A stretch of DNA of 63,161 nucleotides, the filler included, from Octopus bimaculoides (Eukaryota): the NCBI RefSeq assembly GCF_001194135.2. It is 6 parts of 4 records of this genome, joined end to end, with 100 filler letters (N's around TTAATTAATTAA, not from the genome) between each part and the next. Parts side by side here need not be neighbours in the genome. Positions count along the whole stretch, not along the records: positions 20,273 to 33,675 come from NC_068984.1; positions 33,776 to 44,805 come from NC_068983.1; positions 44,906 to 50,631 come from NC_068989.1; 3 more parts are not named here. One strand, 5' to 3'. A model generated the notes under the pieces. It worked only from the letters and a program-made list of their open reading frames with translations, did no database searches and was not told where the DNA came from. This document shows, piece after piece, positions 33,523 to 46,644 of the stretch. Position numbers and translations under genes: made by a program. Numbering within the stretch: the stretch's first letter is position 1; each line of letters opens with the position of its first letter.

Positions 33523-35027
33523 TATGTACTAACTAGTACACGTGTAGGCATTAATATACATACACATAAACACACACATATATATAAATATATACAAAAA
33601 TAAACGAACATGTATTAACAGAGGATATAGATAATACAGGCACACCCCACACACACACATGTACTTACAAAACATNNNNNNNNNNNNNNNNNNNNNNNNN
33701 NNNNNNNNNNNNNNNNNNNTTAATTAATTAANNNNNNNNNNNNNNNNNNNNNNNNNNNNNNNNNNNNNNNNNNNNAGTATAATATAAAACAAAGTAAATA
33801 TCATAAGATAAAGATAATAAAATGACTACACGTGCTTCATAACTAATTTTAAATAGAAAGGAAATTTAAATCGATTAAAATCAATTAAAATTATCGAAAA
33901 TAAATTCTATTCAAAAATACAGCTAATCGTCAGGTCGTAAATAGAACAATAAATAATAAAGAAATATATATATCGACCAACAATAAGTACCAAATGAATT
34001 TATATAAAATACTTATTTTATAAAGATAGAAAAATTATTAAAAATATCAAAATATCAAAATAATAAACATTCCATAATCATCCCTTCATCCATTATAATA
34101 TATGCTAACATGTATATTATATACAAAAAACAGCTTACATAAATTATTGTGAATTGGCTCCAATTTCTGGATTAAAGCAAAAAATAGCTTTTTCACTTCG
34201 TCAACACAATATGTATATAAAACTCTTAAAGACAGTATGGTGACAGCTGAAATACTGTTCATTATACGACTGAGCAATAACAACGTCCGAAGGTTAACAG
34301 ATAAAAATCATTGCGCTATCACCTTTAACAGCTTGTGTTTCGTGTTTCCTAATGATCACTCACAGAGTTTTAGATTACAGTCTCTCTTTGACGGAAGTTG
34401 ATTAAATTAGAATATCCTTCGATCGCACCTAACGGAACATCCTCTAAACATGGTTATCCACTTATGGACAGTACAGATATGTGAACAGCACCTATTGTTT
34501 TCTTCTGCTATGTAACACATTTTACATCACCGACAGACAAGACTGTTTACGCCACCACCAACACCACCAATACACATACAGCCTTCTAGAACTTGGTGTC
34601 ATCCTACTTTTATATAGAGTAACAGTTCACAGTAGGCTTTTACGTCTGTCTTGTCGCTCATGCATATTGGAAACATATGACACTAGTCTCAGTAGAGAAC
34701 AGTGAGGCTTCTCTGGTTTGGTCGATATATGGTAGTTTTCAAAACCACCAGATATATTACTTAATTACAAGCTATTTGAATACTGGCAGTAAAATTGGCC
34801 TGGAACAGTTGTTTGCTAATTGAAGGATTCATAGAATAATCATTATAGAAATAGAAGTCAACATATGCAGACAAAAATATATTTATATAACAAAACAAAA
34901 TAAATATTGAAATAATGAAGAAATGAAACGGCAGATATATCTTATTGCTCAATATGCTTTCATTAAAGTTCTCTGTTACTGGTTAACTCGCATTTACTAA
35001 CGTGGCTTTATATATATATATATGCGT

Positions 35028-35072
<45 letters not shown>

Positions 35073-35191
35073 CATGTATACATATATAAATATATATAGC
35101 TGTGTGTGTTTGAGTGTAATGTATATGTACATTATTTACATGTATGTATTTATAAATCTACATCTATCTATCTATCTATCTATCTATCCAC

Positions 35192-35223
<32 letters not shown>

Positions 35224-35235
35224 ATATATATCCAC

Positions 35236-35268
<33 letters not shown>

Positions 35269-35271
35269 CAC

Positions 35272-35329
<58 letters not shown>

Positions 35330-35994
35330 GTGTGCGTGTGTGCGTGCGTGCGTGCGTGCCCCCCGCGCGCGCGTGTGTGTATTCTTAATGGCTTGCGGTT
35401 ATATTTGTTTAATTTTCTAGTTGAATTATTTTTATCATCTGTATTCGCTTCATAAGTTATCTTAAAATATATTTTTTATTTAATTTTTTTTTTTCGAATT
35501 TTCGTGCATTATTTTCATGTTTTTACATATTTTGAAAATGTAATCGATTAGAGTTCATATCTATTCCTAGAGTAATACTGTGGTTGAGGGTCTATATTCA
35601 AACATACGTATAAGCATCCAACACCACAATACACATGCTCTCAGACACATGTATGTATTCAAACAAATCATTCACTCAGACAGAGATACGCATGTACATA
35701 GGCATTTAATACTGCTTGCAATACACAAAACTACCTAAAGAGATAAAGGAGTATGTATGCATGCATATATGTTTATGTATATAACTCATGCATATATACA
35801 TGTATGCATGCCTGTATGTATGTATGTATATATGTATGTATGTATGCCTGCATGGATGTATGTATGTGTATGAAGGTCGAAAATTATACATTTTAAATGT
35901 GTACTTATTTTATAATTTTTTACTGCTGTAGACACACACAACTACACACACGCACACACACACACACACGCACACATACGCGCTCGCGCGCACG

Positions 35995-36057
<63 letters not shown>

Positions 36058-36479
36058 NNNNNNNNNNNNNNNNNNNNNNNNNNNNNNNNNNNNNNNNNNN
36101 NNNNNNNNNNNNNNNNNNNNNNNNNNNNNNNNNNNNNNNNNNNNNNNNNNNNNNNNNNNNNNNNNNNNNNNNNNNNNNNNNNNNNNNNNNNNNNNNNNNN
36201 NNNNNNNNNNNNNNNNNNNNNNNNNNNNNNNNNNNNNNNNNNNNNNNNNNNNNNNNNNNNNNNNNNNNNNNNNNNNNNNNNNNNNNNNNNNNNNNNNNNN
36301 NNNNNNNNNNNNNNNNNNNNNNNNNNNNNNNNNNNNNNNNNNNNNNNNNNNNNNNNNNNNNNNNNNNNNNNNNNNNNNNNNNNNNNNNNNNNNNNNNNNN
36401 NNNNNNNNNNNNNNNNNNNNNNNNNNNNNNNNNNNNNNNNNNNNNNNNNNNNNNNNNNNNNNNNNNNNNNNNNNNNNNN

Positions 36480-36527
<48 letters not shown>

Positions 36528-36685
36528 CGCGTATACATATATATGTATTAACATACTTATGCATAAATTATATATATGTAGACATGATAGTTTTCTTAGT
36601 GCAATTCATATTCTCTATCATTGGTGCATATATAAGTTAAAGGTAAGACCACATATTATACTCACATTATTAATGAAGGCAAATG

Positions 36686-37012
36686 TGGAGCTGACAAAAT
36701 CGTTAGCAGCCTTATTTCCTGCTCATTGCGTTCGGAGTTCAGATACCACAGAGATCGACTTTGCCTTTCGGTATCGAATATATTTGTACCAGTTTAACAC
36801 TGGAGTCGATGTAACAGGGTTCCTCCTTCCATCAAAATTCTGGCCTTGTGCGAAAATTAGAAAAATATTTTGATTGAAAGATATTGAATTTGCAGAATCG
36901 TTAGAGCATCAGGCAATATGCTGTGTAGCATTTGTTCAGGTTCTTCAGGTTCGGACGTAAAATTTCACCGGGAGCAAATTTACTTTTCATCCCTTCGATA
37001 TCGATAAAATAA
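36686..37012 (+). mobile_element. Two tandem diverged SINE family A copies
   Basis: gagctgacaaaatcgttagca..atcgactttgcc..ctggccttgtgcgaaaattagaa, then gcagaatcgttagagcatcagg..ttttcatcccttcgatatcgataaaata. Confidence 0.65.
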
Positions 37013-37014
37013 TG

Positions 37015-37725
37015 TATAAACTTAGATAAACTTAGTTACGTTTCGACCAAAGACTGGTCCAGGCCATGTCTAACTTAATAGCACCACCTGATAGAATTAC
37101 CTAAATCCTTTTTAAGTCAAGTTTTGTTTATGGCCCATTCAAGTAGTGAGTTCTTGTTGAGTGAGTTGTATCCAGGTATGGGTGGCTTATCTGGTATTCC
37201 TTGAAGAAATCTGTCCAGGTTCTGTTTAAAGGTGATGGGATCCTTTTCCTCTTTTATCAGTTTTGGGACAATGTTAAACAGGGAAGGGCCTGTTGATGAA
37301 AAGAAATTATGTCGCAGTGTACCTATATGGTGTGATCCTGAATTGGGCAGAGGACGTATGGCCCGTGCTCCCAGCCTTGGATGAACCTTGAAACTAATGT
37401 TCAGGTCGTTTGGGCAATGCTGGCGGTATATTCTCCACATCGTACAAATGATGTACTGCTCGCGGCGGTGCTGGAGAGAGTAGAGTTTCAAGGCTTTAAG
37501 GCGATCCCAGTAATCGAGATCAGTCATGCCTTCAATTCGTTTAGTGAGTGCCTTCTGGGGTGATTCAATCCTGAAGATGTTTTGTTTTGTATCGGGAGAC
37601 CACAAGAGGCAGCAGTATTCGAGGTGTGACCGTACAAAGGACGCGAAAAGGGGAATGATGACACCTTGTTCTCTGGACCGGAAGGTTCTTCAGTTAAATA
37701 CTAATTTCGATATGTAATTAACTAA
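37015..37725 (-). mobile_element. CR1/L2-group LINE, 3' end
   Basis: RTFRSREQGVIIPLFASFVRSHLEYC..WSP..IESPQKALTKRIEGM..LDYWDRLKALKLYSLQHRREQY..FFSSTGPSLFNIVP..TFKQNLDRFL..IPDKP; short 3'UTR with an (actaagttt) tail. Confidence 0.9.
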
Positions 37726-37989
37726 CCCACTTATCCCAAAATTACTGGCGTTGTTCCGAAATTAGAAAATATTGTTTCTTATCTAATAATTCTGAAATGT
37801 AGATGCGCTTAATTCTATTTGACTAATGAAATAATCAAGACATAATAATAGACCCTATATTCAGGCATAGTTGTGATCTAGTATCTAGATACTAGACCAC
37901 AATATGTTAAAGTTCTGCAGAAATCATTAATAAGTCTATGTAAATGAACCATGCAAAATTAGATTGCTATGCAAACTCGCTTGCCATAG

Positions 37990-38500
37990 CGCAAACTATT
38001 GGCAGAAAGCTACTGGCCCATCCCTTGACTAGACATTATGTGTAAATTTTGCACAAGTTTTATCAACCAGTTTTTTCTTTTGTTTTTTTTTTTTGTCCAA
38101 ACTTATTGAGATGCGGGAAACAAAGTGAGAGTGGGGGAAAGGTGCCGAACAACTTTTGATAAATATATTTGTGCTGTCTGCACAAATTTGTGAGATATGG
38201 CTTTATTAAAGAAGCATTCGATTCTGTTCTCCTTTCAAGGTTGCTTGAGACACTACACTTGGTAAAAGTATCTGTTGTCTTACATTCTGTCCTTGAAACA
38301 CTCACAAGGATTTGATTAACTATTCTCACACTTGTAACAAAAAATAGAAAGACGTATCTAATGTTATAAATAATTCAACGAGAATATTCCGAGGAGACGA
38401 TCTGTCTATGCTTCTGTTTACTTTAGCACTACATCCACTATCATTTCTTTCATGCGAATCCAGTGGCAGAGTAAAGCTAGGTGTTATACCAAATTATATT
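37990..38500 (+). mobile_element. R4/Dong RT remnant, heavily decayed
   Basis: YWPIP*LDIMCKF; KEAFDSVLLSRLLETL; RIFRGDDLSMLLFTLALHPLS. Confidence 0.7.
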
Positions 38501-38532
38501 TTTGCTTCTCTTTTTCTTTATATTGGAACTAG

Positions 38533-38710
38533 CCGTTAGATTATCGCAGCATTTCTTCTGACACTGAGTTCCAATTTCGCCGGCGTCGACTTTGTCTTTC
38601 ATCCTTTCGGAGTCGAAAAATAAGTACTAAATTAGTACGGGGGTGGTGACGTAATTACCTTATCACCTTTCTCTGAAATTACTGGCCTTGTATCAAAATC
38701 TGAAACTGAT
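38533..38710 (+). mobile_element. SINE family A copy (tail type 2)
   Basis: gtcgactttgtctttcatcctttcggagtcg..gaaattactggccttgtatcaaaatctgaaac. Confidence 0.8.
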
Positions 38711-38879
38711 ATACGTATTTCACTAAAGCTGCTACGTTTTGGTGCGCCATAATATTACTAAGAGGTGTCATTGTAATATTTAGGATCAACCTTAGGAATG
38801 GTTTCTTTCAAACAAAGGATGGAGATACATGACATATTCTTAAAGTGAATTTCTAATTTCTTTCTTTTTGATAGGTGGA

Positions 38880-39830
38880 AAATTTATCAAGTATTCGTTG
38901 GGTTTCATAATCGTGAGAACCGAGCGTTCCTAGGGTTGAAAGTAATATCAAAATAGGACACTGAAATTGGAATTTTTAATTTAAATATTTTGACAAAGTT
39001 ATGGAAATCATTTCGAAAACTTAAGTTTTTTTTTTTATAGTTAACAATTCCTGAAGTCCATTCACCATCACCTTTGTAAGGAACTTTCGAAATATTTAAG
39101 AACTAAGTATAAAACTAACCTTACAAAATTAGTAATTTCTGATAAATTCTTCACTACTAGACTAACATCAAATCTAGAAATTGAATTTTAGCTGAGAGTT
39201 AATTTCTACGGCTTCATTTCTTTTCCAGCTCTTCCACTGATTCTATCATAACGAATATATCGTCCACGTATATCTAGTTTATAACATATGTTCTGGAATG
39301 CTGCGAACGCCAGTCCAAGGGAAGACCCATACCTTCTCCATCCAATATGTATGTAACTTGCGTTGTGGATAGTGAAAAAGGTAATTTTACTATATTGGAC
39401 ACTAATAATTTGTTCAATATATTTGCCGGTTTTATAGGAGGTTTCATTATTTGATGTTTGTATTCATTATTTAATATTGTAATTATTTCTTTACCAATGG
39501 AACATTAATAAGCAGGCTTTCCTCTCTTTGCCGAGGGTGGAGATACTGCTTGCACCGTTGTTTCTTTTTTCAAGAATTCTGGGGAATCTTCAAATGACTG
39601 TATACTATTATTTTACCCCTGCATATTGATAACGTTATCTAATTCTTTAGCTAACTTGCGTGATTGTGAATGAATATGAGCAATCATGGCTCAGAGGTAG
39701 TTGTTTTGCTTATCTATTTTCATTGTTCTATGGATACTTGTGTTAGTTCTGCTTCAGTACAGCTCTTATTATGTGATAATCAGCATAACTATACAGTTAG
39801 ATAATTCCATAGACGGTAGTTTATATCTCA
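38880..39830 (-). mobile_element. Penelope-like RT remnant
   Basis: Y.LDGEGMGLPL (G.MGSPL motif), IYVDDIFVM, QFLDLML; many stops. Confidence 0.7.
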
Positions 39831-39986
39831 ATCAATACAAAATATAGTAACATGTCATATATGCTCTAATTACGTTGACCTTGTCTACTACACAGGAACA
39901 GAAGCTCATGATATTATCACTTAACCCATAAAAGTACAGTTGTTTCCATATATATATATATATATATATATATAACTATAACTATA

Positions 39987-40107
39987 ACGTCACTAAAGTG
40001 ACTAAGAGTACTAGTTAGCACCAGTATTGTTAGAAATAAGGGTTAAAACAACTCTCATTTTTAGCAACGGTGGTGCTAACTACTAACCTTAGTCACTTTA
40101 GTGACGT
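39987..40107. repeat. 121-bp foldback/MITE-like hairpin (second copy at 40200-40320)
   Basis: Perfect 20-bp arms acgtcactaaagtgactaag/cttagtcactttagtgacgt; inner arms tagttagcacc/ggtgctaacta. Confidence 0.85.
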
Positions 40108-40154
40108 GTAAAGTTCTGCCTTTTGGTTGTAAATTGCGAATAAGCCACTTTTAT

Positions 40155-40187
<33 letters not shown>

Positions 40188-40599
40188 ACTATAACTATAA
40201 CGTCACTAAAGTGACTAAGAGTACTAGTTAGCACCAGTATTGTTAGAAATAAGGGTTAAAACAACTCTCATTTTTAGCAACGGTGGTGCTAACTACTAAC
40301 CTTAGTCACTTTAGTGACGTGTAAAGTTCTGCCTTTTGGTTGTAAATTGCGAATAAGCCACTTTTATNNNNNNNNNNNNNNNNNNNNNNNNNNNNNNNNN
40401 NNNNNNNNNNNNNNNNNNNNNNNNNNNNNNNNNNNNNNNNNNNNNNNNNNNNNNNNNNNNNNNNNNNNNNNNNNNNNNNNNNNNNNNNNNNNNNNNNNNN
40501 NNNNNNNNNNNNNNNNNNNNNNNNNNNNNNNNNNNNNNNNNNNNNNNNNNNNNNNNNATATATATATATATATATATATACATATATGTATATATATAC

Positions 40600-42256
40600 A
40601 TATGAAATATTGAAATATTCAAAGTGGCTTATTCGCAATATATATAGGGAGAATTCACAAAAAGAAAAATCAAAAGACGAAGACAGGTGGTGTAGAAAAC
40701 AAACAGATGTATTAGTATAACGCTCGGCAATTGAAAAAGTCTTTAACGTTTCGAGACTACGCTCTTCCACAGAAAGGAACACAGAAAAAATAAGGAGAGA
40801 AACAAGCAAAGGAAAAAAATGTGTGTAGTGGTTAACGATCTATCATGGCGAATGCCGGACAGAAGGGTCACACAGGAGAGCTAAGAATAAGGGGAGATAA
40901 CAAAGTAGTAGTGTTCCCAAAACGAAGGTGCACGTGTGTAAGAGAGAACGTATGTGCGTGTGAAAGAGGGCTGGTAATCTAGACGTGTGCATGTGTGTAT
41001 GTGTAGGTGTGAAAATGTGGGAATGGGAAATGGTCAGTGCTGGTGTGTGCGTGGTGGTGTGTTGTGATGTGATGTGTTGTGTGGTATGGTGTGATGGTGT
41101 TGAGAGGTGGGGGAGGTGAGAGTGGGGAAAGCACAGGTGGGGTGTGGGTTATGTTGAGGATGTGAGTAGGCAGAGGGTCGGAGTAGAGGTGGGGTAAGTG
41201 AGAGAGGTTGTAAGGGATANNNNNNNNNNNNNNNNNNNNNNNNNNNNNNNNNNNNNNNNNNNNNNNNNNNNNNNNNNNNNNNNNNNNNNNNNNNNNNNNN
41301 NNNNNNNNNNNNNNNNNNNNNNNNNNNNNNNNNNNNNNNNNNNNNNNNNNNNNNNNNNNNNNNNNNNNNNNNNNNNNNNNNNNNNNNNNNNNNNNNNNNN
41401 NNNNNNNNNNNNNNNNNNNNNNNNNNNNNNNNNNNNNNNNNNNNNNNNNNNNNNNNNNNNNNNNNNNNNNNNNNNNNNNNNNNNNNNNNNNNNNNNNNNN
41501 NNNNNNNNNNNNNNNNNNNNNNNNNNNNNNNNNNNNNNNNNNNNNNNNNNNNNNNNNNNNNNNNNNNNNNNNNNNNNNNNNNNNNNNNNNNNNNNNNNNN
41601 NNNNNNNNNNNNNNNNNNNNNNNNNNNNNNNNNNNNNNNNNNNNNNNNNNNNNNNNNNNNNNNNNNNNNNNNNNNNNNNNNNNNNNNNNNNNNNNNNNNN
41701 NNNNNNNNNNNNNNNNNNNNNNNNNNNNNNNNNNNNNNNNNNNNNNNNNNNNNNNNNNNNNNNNNNNNNNNNNNNNNNNNNNNNNNNNNNNNNNNNNNNN
41801 NNNNNNNNNNNNNNNNNNNNNNNNNNNNNNNNNNNNNNNNNNNNNNNNNNNNNNNNNNNNNNNNNNNNNNNNNNNNNNNNNNNNNNNNNNNNNNNNNNNN
41901 NNNNNNNNNNNNNNNNNNNNNNNNNNNNNNNNNNNNNNNNNNNNNNNNNNNNNNNAAGCTGTGGACCAAGGGGTCGCGTAGGTTGTGGGCTCGTTTGAAG
42001 GAGAGGAGGGGTCAGACTGGAGATGCCGGAAAGCTCGGAGAATGGTGCGTTGGAGAGGTAGAGTGGTGGGGTGGTAGGTGAGGGAAAAAGGGAGGCGGGA
42101 GACGGCAGGGCGGGTTCGGGGGAGAGAGCAGACGCACTGTCCACGGAACGTGCTCTGGCAAGGACGATGTGGATAGTGGTGAGGGGAGTTCCACGTAGGA
42201 TGAAGTGGCAAGCCATGAGTTGAGACCGCGTCTCAAAGTCATGGTCGTCACCACAG
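40600..42256 (-). mobile_element. 5'-truncated Penelope-like element with long 3' region and pseudo-LTR
   Basis: LCGDDHDFETRSQLMACHFILRGTP..IVLARARSVD (RT thumb); LPFSLTYHPTTLPLQRTILRAFRHLQSDP; pLTR with gaagagcgtagtctcgaaacgt; centre gapped. Confidence 0.85.
40741..40776 (-). ncRNA. Minimal PLE-type hammerhead motif (A6U variant)
   Basis: revcomp cttt-CTGTGGA-a-gagc gtag tctc-GAAACGTT-aaag. Confidence 0.45.
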
Positions 42257-42429
42257 AGCCTATATATATATGAAATAATAAAAGTGGCTTATTCGCAATT
42301 TACAATGTAATAGTGATTCTTATGGGCAAAGTGACATATAATGTGTGTGTTTGCGTGTGTTTGTATATATAAACGCATGTACACATATATATTCATATTT
42401 ATACGCATTTATATATACACACACACACG

Positions 42430-42524
<95 letters not shown>

Positions 42525-42888
42525 TTATGTATATACATACATAAGTCTGTACATATATATGTGTGTATAAAAAGTAAAAAGTAAAGGATACAAAGGGAAG
42601 AATAAGACGGTTAGACATATGTATATATATATGTGTGTGTGTGTATGTGTGTATTTCAACAAACAATGCCACATACGCTGTTACACACACATAAACACTC
42701 ACATGCACATACACATGAATATAGTAGATATATGCACACTGATTCATCAAGCACTAGGTAATATGATTTCCTGCATATGTGAATTTAATAAACGGGTGGA
42801 ATAAATCTCAACTATACCACTTAATGAAAATGTAAAATATTTATCACAGGCTGCCACGGGACATCTAGATGTTTCGTTGACTACTCAC

Positions 42889-42931
42889 CTGGTCAGGCGT
42901 TGTTGGACTAATGCCACTTACATGTTTGGCG
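42889..42931 (-). CDS. Candidate internal exon (43 nt, phase 2 to 0) AKHVSGISPTTPDQ
   Basis: Acceptor tttctatatatatcgtag| and donor CAG|gtgagt; only one frame is open. Confidence 0.25.
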
Positions 42932-43506
42932 CTACGATATATATAGAAATTGCTAATATTACGATTGATTGATGCATAAATCACAAACGAACTGGAAAAG
43001 GAAAGGTACATCAAATTATATCAATGATAAATAATAAATGTCTAAGGAAGTAAGAGAAATGTAGTTCATTTCATATAATATATATAAATATAATGATTAG
43101 GCTCTTTAAATACATGAGAGGAGACGCATACGAACTTAAGCAGTATAATTCTAGTTCATTACAGCAAATCAATGAAATACGATGTGAAAAACTATTTGGT
43201 ATATATCGATGTTAAAACATAGCTTACAATTTACATTACATAAACAAATTACAGAACATTGTATGTATGTATGTATGTGTGTATGTATGTATGTATGTAT
43301 GTATGTATGCATGCATGCATGCATGCATGCATGTATGTATGTAGGTAGGTAGGTAGGTAGGTAGGTAGGTAGGTAGGTAGGTAGGTAGGTATGCATGTAT
43401 ACAAGTATGCATGTATGCATGTATACATGTATGCATGTATACAAGTTTGTATGTATATAAGTATTACGAATATATATATGTGCGTGTACGTTTGTGTGCC
43501 CCCCAC

Positions 43507-43538
<32 letters not shown>

Positions 43539-43621
43539 CATACAAGCACACTCACAGGATCTCGATCTCTCTCACACACACCACACTCATATGTGTATTA
43601 TTCTTAAACTAGAATATTATT

Positions 43622-43668
43622 GACAGTGACTTCGAAGTTTCGTCCACATGAGCTATCCTCAGACAGCT
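43622..43668 (-). ncRNA. PLE-type hammerhead motif, stem II decayed
   Basis: revcomp gctgt-CTGAGGA-t-agctcatgtggac-GAAACTTCGAAGTC-actgtc; stem III is the perfect palindrome ACTTCGAAGT. Confidence 0.55.
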
Positions 43669-44056
43669 ATGCATTGAAGTTATTCTTGGCTTTATATAGT
43701 CTGTGTTGAGATTAATTTTTCCTTGGGTATGTTGTTTTGAATGGAGTGGTAATTAGGTTGTAGGGTGGATTGTGATGGAGAAGTGTTCTAGAGAAATTTT
43801 TATTAATTAAATTTTGGGTTATGCTATTGTTTAGAATTTACACATACTTGTAGAATTTTGTAAGCATGGTGTTGATATTTAGAAGAGTCCGTTTTAGGTC
43901 ATGGAATTGTTTAGTAGTGGTGTACCAATAGAATGTCGATAGGTACAGGAAGTTTTTGTAATTAATGGATGTGTCATTAGTTTTAGTTACTTTAGGATTC
44001 AATCCTTTGATTTGACAACGTAAATGTCAAAGTGTCAAAGTGTACACAGTATTTAA

Positions 44057-44280
44057 GCCTTTAGCATTCAGATTACTCTGTCAAATGTAACACTTATTTA
44101 TTAACATTGTTTTCAAAAATAAGCATGCATTAACATGTAGCTTGGAGATTTTAATGAGCTAGCTGTTAACTTTTAGAATGATATTGTTGGGTTGGTGTGA
44201 GAAGCCACATCTGGCGAATTTGAAAATTAAAAGAGGTAGAATATTTCAACCAGATATAGCCGGTTTTAGTGCTAATGTTT
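44057..44280. mobile_element. piggyBac-like MITE
   Basis: TTAA|gcctttagcattcagattactctgtc...gccggttttagtgctaatgt|tttaa; right TIR degraded. Confidence 0.6.
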
Positions 44281-46538
44281 TAAAACTTTATGATTGAGTG
44301 TGTCAACAGGTTTGCAATGGAAATGTGTAAGGGTTCACAAAAGAAGGTAAGTGGTATGTTTTAGTTGGTCAGTTTATTTACCTGTTGTTATTTAATGCAT
44401 TTCCCATTTGTATTTGGAAGTTTGAGGCTTATTAGTGTAGCATGTCAAGATGTTGTTACTATCGCAATTTGCTTTCTTGTGCTTTGGTGTTCACAAGCGG
44501 ATGTAGGAACATGTAAAGGTTGTTGGTTGGTATATTTTTCTCTAGCGATGCATTGGTCGATAGGCAATTTGATCAATATATAGAAACTTTAACCTTTGTG
44601 TTTTAGGGAGACAGAGTTTGTTTTTTGCTCTCGTTTGTCATTTTGTTCACTTTTTCTAACGTCCTGTACCTATATATGCATGCATATATACATATATATG
44701 TACGCATGTACATGTATGTGTGTATATATGCATGCATATATACATATATATGTACGCATGTACATGTATGTGTGTATATATGCATATATATATATATATA
44801 TATATNNNNNNNNNNNNNNNNNNNNNNNNNNNNNNNNNNNNNNNNNNNNTTAATTAATTAANNNNNNNNNNNNNNNNNNNNNNNNNNNNNNNNNNNNNNN
44901 NNNNNGGTCCCAGTCTAATGATTGAAACAAGTAAAAGATAAAAGATATATATACATATATATATACATATATATATAGAGAGAGAGAGGGGGGGGGGAGA
45001 CAATGATCATAAACAAAAAAAATTGATTCAATGCAAAAGTATTACACGGTAACACATAGGTACTATGACTTCAGAGTTTCGCCAATCACAACTCATCAAA
45101 CTGTTTGACGAGCCGTTATAGGCGAAATTTTGAAAACCCAGCCAGCATGAGGCTCTGTCTTTAAAAACAACTTGTGCGTGTTTGTTTGTATGTCTGTGTG
45201 TGAATTAGCATGTGTATGTATGCGTATGCGGGTATGAGCATGAGTGTGTGTGCTTGTGTATGTATGTGCGGAGGGGCGCATGAACGTATGTGTATATATA
45301 TTTGAGTGTGTGCTAGTAAATTTGTGTGAGTGTGTGTGCGCCTGTGAATAAGTGTATTATACTTAAAATTCATTTGTATAATTAAAGTGCAGGCCCTAGA
45401 GAAAGAGTCGAGCTCTTAAAACCGAATTTGCGTCGCAGAATTGATTCTTACTTGAAGCCAGTCACTTGACTTGCGCCGCTAATACCCTTGAAAAAGGAAT
45501 AAACATTATACTTCACACTCTCACTCTTTAAAAAATACACATAAATATTGATTTCTTTTTAGTTGGGTGGAAACCAATTAATGGAGAGAGTGTATTACTG
45601 GTAGTTATTTTATCGCTGCTGGAGACGGAAATTGGTGAAGAATAAAGCTAAATACAGTAATGTATATAGTGTGGCATCGCTCTTCGATTTCAATTTATGT
45701 CCCTGTCCTAATATATAACAAATATTACAAGAAAATGGGTGAGCCAGTACGCATATTCTCAACCCACAAGAATTAGCAGCCAAAACTCACACAAATCACA
45801 CCTTGCCCTCTTAAAAATGTTGCATTGAAAAATGTTGTTCCTCTATATTCCTGAAAAATAACGGAGTGTTTAAGAGTGGAACGTCCTTTGATGATAGATC
45901 TACTCGACAGGGGCTAGATTACGGTTATACAACAACAACAACAAAATACAATAAATATGAAAGATTATTTAATACATGCATACACACACATACATACTCA
46001 TATATAAAGGACACAGGTTTCGTGTGTCACATAGCTAGCTAGAGGCGATGGCTTCTTGGAGCTAATTCACGGCAGCTTTCGTCCTAATTTTGGGACTGCC
46101 ATGTTGGCTTGGCGATAACTATTAATTTCCAGTACCGCTGCCGTAGTCTCCTTTAGAGAGACTTAGAAATATTAATAACTCTATACATATATATATATAC
46201 ACATATATATATATATGTATGTAAGTATGTATGTAGGTATATAAGCATTATGTAATATATGTATATGTACATATACATATATATATATATGTATATCTGT
46301 ATATGTGTATGTATACACACACACACACACATGTTAATGTTTATTTGTATGACAAGTTATACATAAAAACAATTTAACACTAACTGAAGAATTACCGAAT
46401 ACATTTTAGTAGAGCACAAATTTAATTTTTATAAGGTTGACAGTGGTGTCCACGTTTGTTCGCCATCACTAGCTTGACGGCGGGGAGCAAACTGATACTT
46501 TGAAATCACTATTAACCTTTTTCTTGTATATGTGTATG

Positions 46539-46580
<42 letters not shown>

Positions 46581-46589
46581 TAGACAGAC

Positions 46590-46642
<53 letters not shown>

Positions 46643-46644
46643 TT

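Larger units (their letters stand above)
43620..44590 (-). mobile_element. Penelope-like element 3' part (GIY-YIG remnant plus pLTR end), interrupted by a MITE
   Basis: Frameshifted IGT.TKQFHD; LEHFSITIHPT..QGKINLNTDYIK; ends in the hammerhead motif at 43622-43668. Confidence 0.65.

Noticed and set aside
37035-37075. ggcctggaccagtctttggtcgaaacgt at the CR1 3' end looks hammerhead-like
   Set aside because: No CUGANGA; better explained as the CR1 3' stem-loop.
38063-38329. Minus ORF/exon candidate VRIVNQIL.. and a plus CHY-finger-like CRTTFDKYICAVC
   Set aside because: The plus strand is a decayed R4/Dong RT (KEAFDSV, RIFRGDDLS); both readings are by-products.
39972-40367. 213-bp tandem duplication of the hairpin unit
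   Set aside because: Identical copies between TA tracts next to a gap; most likely mis-assembly, so only one copy is treated as real.
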